Assembly: GCA_963793425.1 (NCBI GenBank) | Contig: CAWCAG010000009.1 | Location: 480,001-544,000, forward strand | DNA: 64,000 bases | Origin: an uncultured cyanobacterium | GTDB taxonomy: Bacteria; Cyanobacteriota; Cyanobacteriia; Cyanobacteriales; CAWCAG01 | Reading direction: 5' to 3' | Shown here: piece after piece, positions 48,531-58,351 of the stretch | Layout of the letters: the number at the start of each line of letters is the position of its first letter | Numbering within the stretch: position 1 is the first letter of the stretch | Program-made: the position numbers and the translations under genes | The notes under the pieces: generated by a model | Databases searched by the model: none | What the model was told of the DNA's origin: nothing | Seen by the model: only the letters and a program-made list of their open reading frames with translations

Positions 48531-49013
48531 TCATCCAGGATAACTATAGCCATAAACAGGAGAAGTTCCACCCTGAATTTGCAGATAGTCTTCAATAAGA
48601 ATGCGGGTATAACTGTTAAGGGGAAAATCTAAGGCTTGTTGAGGCGTAACCCAAACCCATTCATCAATCTCCTCATTGGGAATCACATTTTCGCTGTAGC
48701 TGAGAGCGTAGTAATTAAGTAAAATAAAATGGGCTTCTTGGTAAAACTGAGGATCAATAACTGCTTCTTGCAACAAAGCAAAACGAACCTCCCTTAACTT
48801 CAATCCCACCTCTTCTTGAAACTCCCGTAATAGAGCAGTTTCTAAATCTTCCCCCCAATCAACCTTTCCCCCTGGAACTCCCCAAGTACCTCGCCACTTG
48901 TGGGTTTTAACAATCAAGACCCTTGCTTCGGGGCTAGTAACAAGCGCTCCTACTGTCGTTAGAGGGAAGCGCTTTTCGACAGAACCTTCTGCCACAGAAC
49001 TTTCATTAGCCAT
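48531..49013 (-). CDS. NUDIX hydrolase
   Basis: Complete Nudix box GGKVDWGEDLETALLREFQEEVGL. Confidence 0.93.
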   Translation of the reverse strand: MANESSVAEGSVEKRFPLTTVGALVTSPEARVLIVKTHKWRGTWGVPGGKVDWGEDLETALLREFQEEVGLKLREVRFALLQEAVIDPQFYQEAHFILLNYYALSYSENVIPNEEIDEWVWVTPQQALDFPLNSYTRILIEDYLQIQGGTSPVYGYSYPG

Positions 49014-50073
49014 GGGCTGAATTGAGAACGTCTTGAAACCACTGCTCTAGCCTATCACCAAATACCTCCAAGGAGTATTCTGCTTCTACTTGTTGGCGAC
49101 AAGCTTTACGCTCTAAAGTATCTACGTTTTGAATAGCTTTAACCAGCCCCTCTACTTGAGCTTGTTCTACTAAAATACCCGTTTCACCATCTTTAATAAT
49201 CTCTCCAGGACCACCCCGATTATAGGTGATCACCGGAACACCACAAGCGAGGGCTTCAATAGCTACCATCCCAAAAGCCTCTACCCAATGGTGAGTCATC
49301 AATAACCCCCGGCATTTCCCCAACTCTTTTTGCAATTGTTCCGTAGGTAGAAAACCCATATATTTAATCTGTGCCTGGGGATAATCTTGGCGAACTTGCT
49401 GCCAATAATCTTGGTTTTGAATATAGCCAAAAATCTTCAAAGTCACCCCTGTCTCTTCCGCCGCCGCCACAGCATCTTCTAACCCCTTCTCCGGGGAAAT
49501 CCGCGCCACCCAAGCTAAGCTATCTCCCGGTTCAGCACAAAACTCATACTTATTAATATCTAACCCTGCACCCAAGCAACGAAACTGCTTCGCCACCGAA
49601 AAAGTAGCAGCTTGGGATCGCGTCAAAGCCCCCAAAGTTCCCGGACACAAAAAAGCCACCTGTTCAATAGCCCGATCCATTATCAATGTCCAAGAACCCA
49701 TATTAACTCGGTGAAGAACAGGACGATGGAAAAAAGGTGCTAAATAAAAAGGTAACCAATCATAGGCAAAATTAATGAGCAAATCATAATTACCTTGGAC
49801 TCGACGGGCATATTCCCACATATTACTCAAAACAGCATTAGGGGGAATAATTACAGGAGCAGTACTATTTTGATTGGGGGCCAGGGGCTGGAAGTTACCT
49901 TCAATTTCCTTAACCGAAATAGACTCTATTCGAGAGCCATAGGGGGCAACAACCTGTAATTCATGCCCTCGCAGTTGCATTTCCTGGGCAATATTAAAAA
50001 TATCTAACCCTACACCCCCTACCTGCCCAGAATGCAAAGAACCAACGGGACTAGCAACGAGTAGTAATCGCAT
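49006..50073 (-). CDS. Family 4 glycosyltransferase, UDP-glucose:tetrahydrobiopterin glucosyltransferase (BGluT/PgtA)-like
   Basis: SPVG.L.SG..GGV, NFAYDWLPFYL.PFF, RISPEKGLEDA, WVEAFG.VAIEALACGVP. Confidence 0.8.
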   Translation of the reverse strand: MRLLLVASPVGSLHSGQVGGVGLDIFNIAQEMQLRGHELQVVAPYGSRIESISVKEIEGNFQPLAPNQNSTAPVIIPPNAVLSNMWEYARRVQGNYDLLINFAYDWLPFYLAPFFHRPVLHRVNMGSWTLIMDRAIEQVAFLCPGTLGALTRSQAATFSVAKQFRCLGAGLDINKYEFCAEPGDSLAWVARISPEKGLEDAVAAAEETGVTLKIFGYIQNQDYWQQVRQDYPQAQIKYMGFLPTEQLQKELGKCRGLLMTHHWVEAFGMVAIEALACGVPVITYNRGGPGEIIKDGETGILVEQAQVEGLVKAIQNVDTLERKACRQQVEAEYSLEVFGDRLEQWFQDVLNSAHG

Positions 50074-50074
50074 A

Positions 50075-50108
50075 TCAATGTTTAATGTTTAATGTTCAAT
50101 GTTCAATG
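50075..50108. repeat. 7-bp STRR (TYAATGT)n
   Basis: About 5 copies immediately upstream of the glycosyltransferase start. Confidence 0.8.
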
Positions 50109-50214
50109 ATTTCCAACCCTTGCCAATAACCGCTACGATATTATTTACAAGCACATTTATTAGTTCGACGGATTATTCAGACCCTTGATTAAAACTATGT
50201 AAGAGAATACTTTT

Positions 50215-51210
50215 ATGAACTTAGTTGAACTTCAAAATATCCTTGATAATATCTCTTTTGCTGTATTGCTGGTCACAATGCTAGTCTACTGGGTTGGGGC
50301 CGCTTTTCCTAACCTGACCTATTTACCAGCTTTAGGAACGGCCGGTATGGGCATTGCCAATCTTTGCATAGCCGCATTACTTAGCGCCCGTTGGCTAGAA
50401 GCGGGCTACTTTCCTTTAAGTAATCTTTATGAATCCTTATTTTTCCTCACTTGGGGCATAACAACCATTCATTTTATTGCCCAAAGAATGAGTCGTAGTA
50501 ACTTAGTAGGAGTCTTTACAGCCCCCCTAGCCATGGGTATAGCTGCTTTTGCTGCCTTAACCTTACCAGCCCAACTGCAAGGGGCAGAACCTTTAGTTCC
50601 GGCTTTAAAATCCAACTGGTTAATGATGCACGTTAGTGTCATGATGCTTAGCTACGCCACCTTAATGGTGGGTTCTTTACTTGCGATCGCCTTTTTAATC
50701 GTTACTCGTGGCGAAAAAGTGGAACTCCGGGGTAGTTCTGTGGGTACTGGAGGCTATCGTAATTCTGCCTTTTTCAAACCAGTCACTGCAACCCAAGATA
50801 ATCTTGCCTTAGAAGGTAGTAGTAGTGGCAATACAGCAGTTATGGAGCGAGTTAACCAAACTGTCACACCAAGCCTTTCTCCCCAACGCTTGAGCCTTGC
50901 TGACACCTTAGATAATATTAGCTACCGGATCATCGGCTTAGGATTCCCCCTACTAACTATTGGTATCATTGCCGGAGCAGTTTGGGCTAATGAAGCTTGG
51001 GGTTCTTATTGGAGTTGGGACCCCAAAGAAACCTGGGCATTAATCACTTGGTTAATTTTTGCTGCTTATTTGCACTCCCGTATCACCCGTGGTTGGCAAG
51101 GTAGAAAACCAGCTATACTTGCAGCCACAGGCTTTTTTGTCGTTTGGATCTGTTATCTAGGGGTAAATTTATTAGGTAAGGGACTACACTCCTACGGCTG
51201 GTTTTTCTAA
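50215..51210 (+). CDS. ccsA: Cytochrome c biogenesis protein CcsA (system II; also annotated CcsB/Ycf5)
   Basis: [25 protein letters not shown] motif [24 protein letters not shown]. Confidence 0.96.
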   Translation: MNLVELQNILDNISFAVLLVTMLVYWVGAAFPNLTYLPALGTAGMGIANLCIAALLSARWLEAGYFPLSNLYESLFFLTWGITTIHFIAQRMSRSNLVGVFTAPLAMGIAAFAALTLPAQLQGAEPLVPALKSNWLMMHVSVMMLSYATLMVGSLLAIAFLIVTRGEKVELRGSSVGTGGYRNSAFFKPVTATQDNLALEGSSSGNTAVMERVNQTVTPSLSPQRLSLADTLDNISYRIIGLGFPLLTIGIIAGAVWANEAWGSYWSWDPKETWALITWLIFAAYLHSRITRGWQGRKPAILAATGFFVVWICYLGVNLLGKGLHSYGWFF

Positions 51211-51361
51211 ACATTTTGGGCAAGATGGAGATAATTAAGTTATAAATTATGAATTATTTTGCTTTGCTAATACTATGCTTGAGGTTCATAATTTAGCATT
51301 TTCTTTAAATGGTTTTAGTCTCTTTTGAGGGTTACTGAGCTAATCTAAGCAATAATAAACA

Positions 51362-52480
51362 GTGACTCGGCTAAACATTGCAAAGCTAAACAGGGAAAAA
51401 ATAGTCGTGGATAATAAGTTCGAGCCGCTTTCTGGCGGTGAAGTACTCTCAGTTGATGATTCGGTCCAATTTTTAATCGGACACACTACCTTCAGGGCAG
51501 AAGAACTATCACAAGCTCTTCGCACACAGATACTAGAGCATGGTATTGGTGGCTTAACCGAAGCTAAAAAGCATTGGTTGACTGAAAATGGTATCAACTG
51601 CGAAGTTTTAAGATTTGGTGCTAATGGTTGGCAAAAAGGTAAAGTCAGAATCAGCCTAGAATTCTGCCCTTCGGAAGGAGAAGCAGAGGATTTAGAAGAA
51701 TCTATTGGTAGTGAAGATGAAAGCGGTTTATCAGCTTTTGAGCAAGAGGATGACAGCGATTTAGAAGAGTTGGCTTTAGATGCTGATGAACCTACTATCA
51801 TTGAAGAAGAATTTGCTGTAGAAGCGGAATCTGATTCAAATTTTGGGGATGCTTCAATAGAACAAGAAGAATCAGAATTAGATTTTCTCCCAGAAGAAGA
51901 GGAAGAACCTGTTTTAGATATTACAGAAGAAGCAGAAATGGAAGCAGAATCAGAATTAGATTTTGGGGATGCTTTCACAGAACAAGAAGAACCAGAATTA
52001 GATTTTCTCTCAGAAGAAGAGGAAGAACCTGTTTTAGATATTACAGAAGAAGCAGAAATGGAAGCAGAATCAGAATTAGATTTTGGGGATGCTTTCACAG
52101 AACAAGAAGAAGAAGCAACTCCTATAGCATTAGGAGGAGAGTCTCAAGGGGAAATAGACCCAGAGTTAGTAGACTTGGGAAATAATCTCTTTGGGGAGGA
52201 AGAAGAATCCTTAGACTTCAACGGAAAAGTAACTTCTGAATCAGACATGGATATAGATTTAGATTTGGGAAGTAATGAAGAAGATTTGAACTTAGCAGAA
52301 CTAGAAAATAGTATCGAAGAAGAACTAGAATTAGTAGAAGCTTCAGAAAAAGATGGCGAGTTCGATCTAGCTGAGATGGAACAGGGCAATGACGGCTTTG
52401 ATGTTGCTCTTTCTGGGGAACCAGACAAGGAAAAAGAAGAAGAAAATTTGTTTGATGATGTCTGGCAAGATATCAACTGA
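51362..52480 (+). CDS. KGK-domain protein with long Glu/Asp-rich C-terminal extension
   Basis: G.NCEVLRFGANGWQKGKVRISLEFCP; about 270 aa acidic tail; real start may be GTG near 51407. Confidence 0.85.
   Translation: MTRLNIAKLNREKIVVDNKFEPLSGGEVLSVDDSVQFLIGHTTFRAEELSQALRTQILEHGIGGLTEAKKHWLTENGINCEVLRFGANGWQKGKVRISLEFCPSEGEAEDLEESIGSEDESGLSAFEQEDDSDLEELALDADEPTIIEEEFAVEAESDSNFGDASIEQEESELDFLPEEEEEPVLDITEEAEMEAESELDFGDAFTEQEEPELDFLSEEEEEPVLDITEEAEMEAESELDFGDAFTEQEEEATPIALGGESQGEIDPELVDLGNNLFGEEEESLDFNGKVTSESDMDIDLDLGSNEEDLNLAELENSIEEELELVEASEKDGEFDLAEMEQGNDGFDVALSGEPDKEKEEENLFDDVWQDIN
51821..52110 (+). repeat. 120-bp (40-aa) intragenic tandem repeat, about 2.4 copies
   Basis: ttttggggatgct recurs at 51841, 51961 and 52081; lines 51901-51960 and 52021-52080 are identical. 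Confidence 0.95.
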
Positions 52481-52800
52481 AGCAATAAATATATGCAGCG
52501 CGATCGCTCTAAGAGTAGCGCGATCGCGCCTATAACAAAGTTAACAAACCATTAACAAAACCCGAATAATTAGGTTAGTTGCCAAAATAGCTTCCCAAGA
52601 AAATCAGATTGCTATACTATTTAAAAGAAAACATAAATATAAAGTGAGTAGTTTGCAATTTTTCCGTGCCAATTCTCAACAACCGTAAGTATGTACAATG
52701 CACAAAGCAAACTCTTCCTGAGCATAAATTGAATGAGCGAGACAAGTCTCAGTGGTATCATCATTGCGTTGAAGAAATTTAACTTATAGAGGAAATAACT

Positions 52801-54399
52801 ATGATTCAGACAACGGTATCTCCCGTAGTCTTAGTCATTTTAGATGGCTGGGGTTATCGCAGGGAAACAGATGGCAACGCAGTTGCTAATGCCACAATAC
52901 CGGTAATGAATAGTCTTTGGGATGCTTACCCCAGAACTCTCATTAACACTTCTGGTAAAGCAGTGGGACTACCCGATGGTCAAATGGGAAACTCAGAAGT
53001 AGGTCATCTTAATATAGGTGCAGGAAGAGTTGTTCCTCAAGAATTGGTACGCATCAGCGATGCAGTGGAAAATCGCTCTATTTTACTCAATTCTGCTTTA
53101 TTGCAAATTTGCGAAAAAGTAAAATCTTCCGGCGGCAAGTTACATTTAATGGGCCTTTGTTCTGAAGGTGGCGTACATTCCCATTTACTACACCTTAATG
53201 GTTTACTTGAGCTAGCCAAGTCTCAGGGGATCACAGATGTTTGTATCCATGCTTTTACAGATGGTCGTGATACTAGACCTACAGCCGGGGTATCTGCCTT
53301 AGAAAAGCTAGAAGAAGCAATCCAAAGCTATGGTATCGGACGTATTGCTACCATCTGTGGCCGCTATTATGCTATGGACCGCGACCGACGCTGGGATCGG
53401 GTCAAACAAGCATATGATGTTATAGTTCAAGATGGCCCAGGAGATGGTCGTTCTGCGGCTGATATTTTAAAATCTTTTTATCAAGAAGACATTACCGACG
53501 AGTTTATTCCTGCCACGAGAGTAGCCCCAGGAGCAATTGAACCTGGAGATGGGGCGATTTTCTTCAATTTTCGTCCTGACCGTGCCAGACAGTTAACTAG
53601 CGCTTTTGTAAGCCCAAAATTTGATGACTTTGAGCGAGAATTGATTGAACCTTTACACTTTCTTACCTTTACTCAATATGAACCCAATTTGCCTGTCGCT
53701 GTCGCCTTTGAACCTCAAAACCTGAACAATATTTTAGGGGAGGTTATTGCTGACCATGATTTGAAACAGTTTCGTACAGCAGAGACAGAAAAGTATCCTC
53801 ACGTAACCTATTTCTTTAACGGTGGTTTAGAAGACCCCCTCCCAGGAGAAGAAAGACAACTAATTTCTAGCCCGATGGTAGCAACCTATGACCGCGCCCC
53901 GGCTATGTCTGCTGCCGCAGTAACAGAAGCAGCTTGTACCGCCATTGAAAAGAGTATTTACTCTCTGGTGGTTATTAACTACGCTAACCCAGACATGGTA
54001 GGTCACACAGGGAAAATGGAGGAAACAGTAAAGGCGATTGAAACAGTGGATAAATGTTTAGGTCAGCTTTTAGCAAGTGTCAATAAAGTTAGTGGCACTA
54101 CTTTGATTACTGCTGATCACGGTAATTCTGAGTATATGTGGGATGAACAAGGCAACCCTTGGACGGCTCATACCACTAATCCTGTACCCTTAATTATAGT
54201 TGAAGGAGAAGCAAGGAAAATCCCTGGTTATGGTGCAGAAGTTGAGATGCGAGAAGATGGTTGTTTAGCAGATATTGCACCAACTATTTTAGAGATTTTA
54301 CAATTACCTCAACCACAGGAAATGACTGGTAAGTCTTTAATTAAGCCTTTAGAGGTGGATTTTAAGCAAAATCGGACTCCGGTTAAAGTTTCTCTATAA
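52801..54399 (+). CDS. gpmI: 2,3-bisphosphoglycerate-independent phosphoglycerate mutase
   Basis: ILDGWG, GQMGNSEVGH, DGRD, YAMDRD, NFRPDRARQ, AETEKYPHVT, NPDMVGHTG, ADHGN. Confidence 0.98.
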   Translation: MIQTTVSPVVLVILDGWGYRRETDGNAVANATIPVMNSLWDAYPRTLINTSGKAVGLPDGQMGNSEVGHLNIGAGRVVPQELVRISDAVENRSILLNSALLQICEKVKSSGGKLHLMGLCSEGGVHSHLLHLNGLLELAKSQGITDVCIHAFTDGRDTRPTAGVSALEKLEEAIQSYGIGRIATICGRYYAMDRDRRWDRVKQAYDVIVQDGPGDGRSAADILKSFYQEDITDEFIPATRVAPGAIEPGDGAIFFNFRPDRARQLTSAFVSPKFDDFERELIEPLHFLTFTQYEPNLPVAVAFEPQNLNNILGEVIADHDLKQFRTAETEKYPHVTYFFNGGLEDPLPGEERQLISSPMVATYDRAPAMSAAAVTEAACTAIEKSIYSLVVINYANPDMVGHTGKMEETVKAIETVDKCLGQLLASVNKVSGTTLITADHGNSEYMWDEQGNPWTAHTTNPVPLIIVEGEARKIPGYGAEVEMREDGCLADIAPTILEILQLPQPQEMTGKSLIKPLEVDFKQNRTPVKVSL

Positions 54400-54410
54400 A
54401 AACGAATATT

Positions 54411-54475
54411 CGTAAAGACACTAAGTATTACAGGGGATACTGTTGCTTAACTCCCCAAATTCTTAGTGTCTTACG
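54411..54475. other. Long intergenic stem-loop between gpmI and amt
   Basis: CGTAAAGACACTAAG ... CTTAGTGTCTTACG with inner GGGGA/TCCCC pairing. Confidence 0.6.
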
Positions 54476-54594
54476 GGTTAGGGAGTAACTATTTAGTAAA
54501 TAACAAATAATAGCCGATTTGCAACAGCTATTGTTGAATCAACTTCGTTGAATTATTCTGGTTATGGTTTTCACTTAAGCTCAACTCAATATCT

Positions 54595-56040
54595 ATGACG
54601 AAGCTAAGAAGGTTAAAGCAGGAAAAAGGCTGGCTACGAACATGGCAAGCTTGCTTACCTCTAACTATAGTTATTCTGCTAATGTGGACTTCTGTAGGGT
54701 TGGCTCAACAAGAAGATACCTTAAGTTTGGAGTCTCTCAAAGTTGCCTTAGATACAGTCTGGGTTATTTTCACTGCCTGCTTAGTCTTCTTTATGAATGC
54801 AGGCTTTGCCATGTTGGAAACGGGGCTTTGTCGCAAAAGAAGTGCGGTCAATATCTTAGGAAAAAACCTCATTGTCTTCTGTTTGGCGACGGCTTCCTTT
54901 TGGGCTTTTGGTTTTGGCTTAATGTTTAGTGATGGGAATTTCTTTTTGGGAACCCAAGGATTTTTTCTTACGGGGGTAGATAATAGTCCCGCTATGGGGG
55001 ATAACTACCAAGGGGTTTTTACCTCTTTGAGTTGGACAGGAGTTCCTCTCAAGGCGAAATTCTTCTTCCAGTTAGTCTTTGCCGGAACTGCTGCTACCAT
55101 CGTTTCTGGGGCTGTTGCAGAACGTATTAAGTTTTTTGCTTTTGTTTTATTTAGCTTATTACTTGTGGCCCTTGCTTATCCCATCACCGGACATTGGGTT
55201 TGGGGAAATGGCTGGCTGTCTCATTTATTTGAAGATCAGCAAACTGGAGAGACAGTTTTAGCTTTTTGGGATTTTGCCGGTTCTACAATAGTTCACTCCG
55301 TAGGCGGTTGGGCAGCTTTAGTAGGGGCAGTTCTTTTGGGGCCACGTTTAGGTAAGTATCATCCTGACGGCACTACAGAACCTCTGTTAGGGACTGACGT
55401 GAGTATATCAACCTTGGGGTGTTTGATTCTCTGGTTAGGCTGGTTTGGCTTCAATCCTGGTTCAACCATGGCAGCTAACCCTAATGTGATTGTTCATATC
55501 ATCGTTGTGACCAATATGTCCGCAGCCGCAGGAGGAATTGCGGCTGCTATTGCCTCTTGGTGGTACTTCTCTCAACCGGATCTTTCGATGATCACTAATG
55601 GTATCTTGGGAGGGTTGGTTGGTATTACCGCTTCTTGTGCTTTTGTCAGTACTGGTTCAGCAGCGGTAATTGGTTTGGTAGCAGGGACTTTAATTGTTTT
55701 TGCTACAGAATTTTTAGACAGAATAAAAATTGATGACCCGGTGGGGGCGGTTCCTGTACACTTGGTTTGTGGTATTTGGGGGACTATAGCCGTTGGTCTG
55801 TTTAGTCAAGGTGCTGGCAACCTTTATGCCCAAGGTGAAGGTCCTATGGCAGGCTTATTTATGGGTGGCAATCTTGATGGGGTGAAGCAGCTATTGGTAC
55901 AGTTGGTTGGTATAGCTTCCGTTGGTATGTTTACAGTTTGTTTTAGTTGGCTAGTATGGTACGCAATTAAAAAAACTATTGGTATTCGCATACCCAAAAA
56001 GGTCGAATTAAGCAATATGAAAGAGTCAGAAGAATTTTAG
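54595..56040 (+). CDS. amt: Ammonium transporter
   Basis: FFMNAGFAMLE.G, FQLVFA, SGAVAER, DFAGST.VHSVGG, WFGFNPGS, DDPVGAVPVH. Confidence 0.96.
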   Translation: MTKLRRLKQEKGWLRTWQACLPLTIVILLMWTSVGLAQQEDTLSLESLKVALDTVWVIFTACLVFFMNAGFAMLETGLCRKRSAVNILGKNLIVFCLATASFWAFGFGLMFSDGNFFLGTQGFFLTGVDNSPAMGDNYQGVFTSLSWTGVPLKAKFFFQLVFAGTAATIVSGAVAERIKFFAFVLFSLLLVALAYPITGHWVWGNGWLSHLFEDQQTGETVLAFWDFAGSTIVHSVGGWAALVGAVLLGPRLGKYHPDGTTEPLLGTDVSISTLGCLILWLGWFGFNPGSTMAANPNVIVHIIVVTNMSAAAGGIAAAIASWWYFSQPDLSMITNGILGGLVGITASCAFVSTGSAAVIGLVAGTLIVFATEFLDRIKIDDPVGAVPVHLVCGIWGTIAVGLFSQGAGNLYAQGEGPMAGLFMGGNLDGVKQLLVQLVGIASVGMFTVCFSWLVWYAIKKTIGIRIPKKVELSNMKESEEF

Positions 56041-56048
56041 TTATAGTC

Positions 56049-56074
56049 TGCTAGTTGCTAGTTGCTAGTTGCTA
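56049..56074. repeat. 7-bp STRR (TGCTAGT)n
   Basis: About 3.7 copies between convergent genes. Confidence 0.8.
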
Positions 56075-56109
56075 AAATCCAGACTTCAGAGAAGCTTTTA
56101 ATTCACTGA

Positions 56110-58230
56110 TCATTGAATTGATCCTGAAGCATGAACTAATCCTAATAAAGGGCCATTTTGTTCTTTACCATTAACGGCTAAATCGCTGTGACAGAGAATG
56201 AGGCGTTCGTCAACTCTGCCTAATAAATCTTTTAAAATATTCACTAAGCGTTCCTCCTCCAATTGAGCATTTTCTTGTGGTGTTAAGGGCCGTCTTTCCC
56301 AGTTACGTAAAAAGAGATGGGAAGCGAATAAATTAGCCGCACCTCCTTTAGACCAAAGACTGGAACTCGCATCTAACCAAAAGTGCCAACGGTGAGAACG
56401 GCGACTAGAACGGTATTGAAAGATAGTGGCTAGGGTAATGGCTTCTTGCTTTAAGGCTTTTAGGGGTCGTAGGGGATAAGCATTGGCTGTGATAGTTCCC
56501 CTTCTCAGTAGTTGAATAAATTGGGCGATCGCAGCAGGATAAGATTTATCCCTGGTTTCGTTGTCCCTTAAGCGACGCTCCACTTGCCAATAATGTTGGG
56601 CAGTTTCCATTAGTTCTCTCAGGGCTGCTAGCTGATTGTAGGGCAAGTTAGGGGCGTTTTGCAAAAAGTGCTTGCTGGCAGCATCGAGGATATCAATAAC
56701 CCTTGGTAGGGGTTGGTCTGGGGATGATTTTTTTGTTTCTATCCACTGCGCTATATTTTGATATGCTTGGCTAGCTTGATGCCCTAAACGATCCCAACGA
56801 GGAAATGATTCTATAGCTAAAAGATGGGGTTGTCTTGGGTCAGGAAGGTAGCAATGGTCTGCTAATAAGCCAGCCCTAACTGGGTCAATTGCGGCAATTA
56901 ATTGACCTTCTCCTTGCTGTGTTCTGCTTAAAACCACTAACATTTCCGCTACAGCATCTTTGTCTACTAATCGCCCTAAATGAGGATAAATGAGTGTTAA
57001 TAAGGTGAGCAAAGCTCGAATAAGGGGAAAGCTGATTAAAGGACGCTGTTCGTTGAGTGCTTCGACAGCAATACCTTGGCTGGTTAGCATTTCTATTAAG
57101 CTGTAGCGGGCAATTTCATCTAAACCAGGGGCAATTAGCGCAATTTCTGAGGCTTTCACCTCTCCTTGTTTTATCCCTTGGATAATGGCATTGGCTGTTT
57201 CCCTTAATAAAGTAGCACGGGATGTAGCCTGAATTGATTGTACTGTTGGGGGTAAGCGGGGGATGAAAAGTTCCCCTTTAACCATTTGCACTATGGTTTC
57301 GTGCCAATCTCCTCCTAGTCCCCGTAAGGGTGTGGTGGTTAAGTCTTCGATTTGGCAATAGGCAGCTAAGTTGCCTAAATATTGAGGATCGGCGTTTAGT
57401 CCTAACCTAATTCCTCCTTGAGGATTGTAAGTAAAAACTCCTGTGGCCCCTTGGTCTAACAAAAATTGTAATAAATCTCCAGCGATCGCGGGGTAATCAT
57501 CAACATCATCAGCAAAGATAGCTTGGTAGCGACTGGTTAAATGTTGTTGGTAGGTGGGATTAGGCAGTAAATAACGCCAATATAATTCATAAATAACACC
57601 GTAACTGAGTAAACCCCTGGTTAAGCTCCATTGTCGCCACTCTAGAAGTAAGGTTGCCATATGTTGCCACAGGGGTATATCTTTTCCTTTGATGGTGATT
57701 ACAGAGTTTTCCCACTCTTGTTCCGGCAATCCCAAGGCGAGAATATCAGCGATCGCTTCTGTTTCTGTACCACTGGCCCCAGCTAATTGCAACAAATCTA
57801 AAGTTTGTCGCACTAAACGAGATTCCATGACACCAGATAGTTGTAAATCACCCTGTTGCCAGGACTTACGCCACAATTGAGTTGCTAATTCCTGTTCTGT
57901 TTCTGGCCGTAATCGGAGGGGGAATTGTGCTTTTAAATCAAGCAATTCAAAAAGCAATGGCCAAAAAAGCATCACCTCATCAGAAATAAATCCTAAAGGA
58001 GTTTTAGAAATGACCGGATAGCTACCTTGAATGGCGATCGCTAGTTGATCAGCTAACTCTCGTCGATTATCATCATTCGCTGCAAAAACTAAGATAGCTG
58101 GACTTAATTGCCCCAAAAACTGTCTTTTACTTAGTTTTACTGTTACCCATTGCCTAAATTCTCTGACTAGCTGAGTAGTTTTACCACTACGAGTTAGTCC
58201 AATGATCCATTTTTTCAATTGCCTTGGCAT
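56110..58230 (-). CDS. Conserved cyanobacterial protein with degenerate SF1-helicase-like P-loop fold
   Basis: G.TRSGKT Walker A-like, IFADDVDDY Walker B-like, EIALIAPGLD. Confidence 0.7.
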   Translation of the reverse strand: MPRQLKKWIIGLTRSGKTTQLVREFRQWVTVKLSKRQFLGQLSPAILVFAANDDNRRELADQLAIAIQGSYPVISKTPLGFISDEVMLFWPLLFELLDLKAQFPLRLRPETEQELATQLWRKSWQQGDLQLSGVMESRLVRQTLDLLQLAGASGTETEAIADILALGLPEQEWENSVITIKGKDIPLWQHMATLLLEWRQWSLTRGLLSYGVIYELYWRYLLPNPTYQQHLTSRYQAIFADDVDDYPAIAGDLLQFLLDQGATGVFTYNPQGGIRLGLNADPQYLGNLAAYCQIEDLTTTPLRGLGGDWHETIVQMVKGELFIPRLPPTVQSIQATSRATLLRETANAIIQGIKQGEVKASEIALIAPGLDEIARYSLIEMLTSQGIAVEALNEQRPLISFPLIRALLTLLTLIYPHLGRLVDKDAVAEMLVVLSRTQQGEGQLIAAIDPVRAGLLADHCYLPDPRQPHLLAIESFPRWDRLGHQASQAYQNIAQWIETKKSSPDQPLPRVIDILDAASKHFLQNAPNLPYNQLAALRELMETAQHYWQVERRLRDNETRDKSYPAAIAQFIQLLRRGTITANAYPLRPLKALKQEAITLATIFQYRSSRRSHRWHFWLDASSSLWSKGGAANLFASHLFLRNWERRPLTPQENAQLEEERLVNILKDLLGRVDERLILCHSDLAVNGKEQNGPLLGLVHASGSIQ

Positions 58231-58351
58231 TTTTACTATAGGCTAATCTTATAATATACTCCATACACTCTGAGCTATCTTATTCTAGGCATTCTGTCAG
58301 AATTGGATACAATCGATATTCTTTCTCTTCATTTTCCTCTAGAGTATTTCT

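Noticed and set aside
51340..52098. 252-aa Ser-rich ORF on the minus strand (and 52144-52485)
   Set aside because: Antisense shadow of GAA-rich codons in the acidic KGK protein
51821..52110. 120-bp repeats as a possible CRISPR array
   Set aside because: Contiguous in-frame coding repeats with no unique spacers and no cas genes
54425..54440. NtcA box upstream of amt
   Set aside because: Spacing is GTA-N10-TAC rather than GTA-N8-TAC
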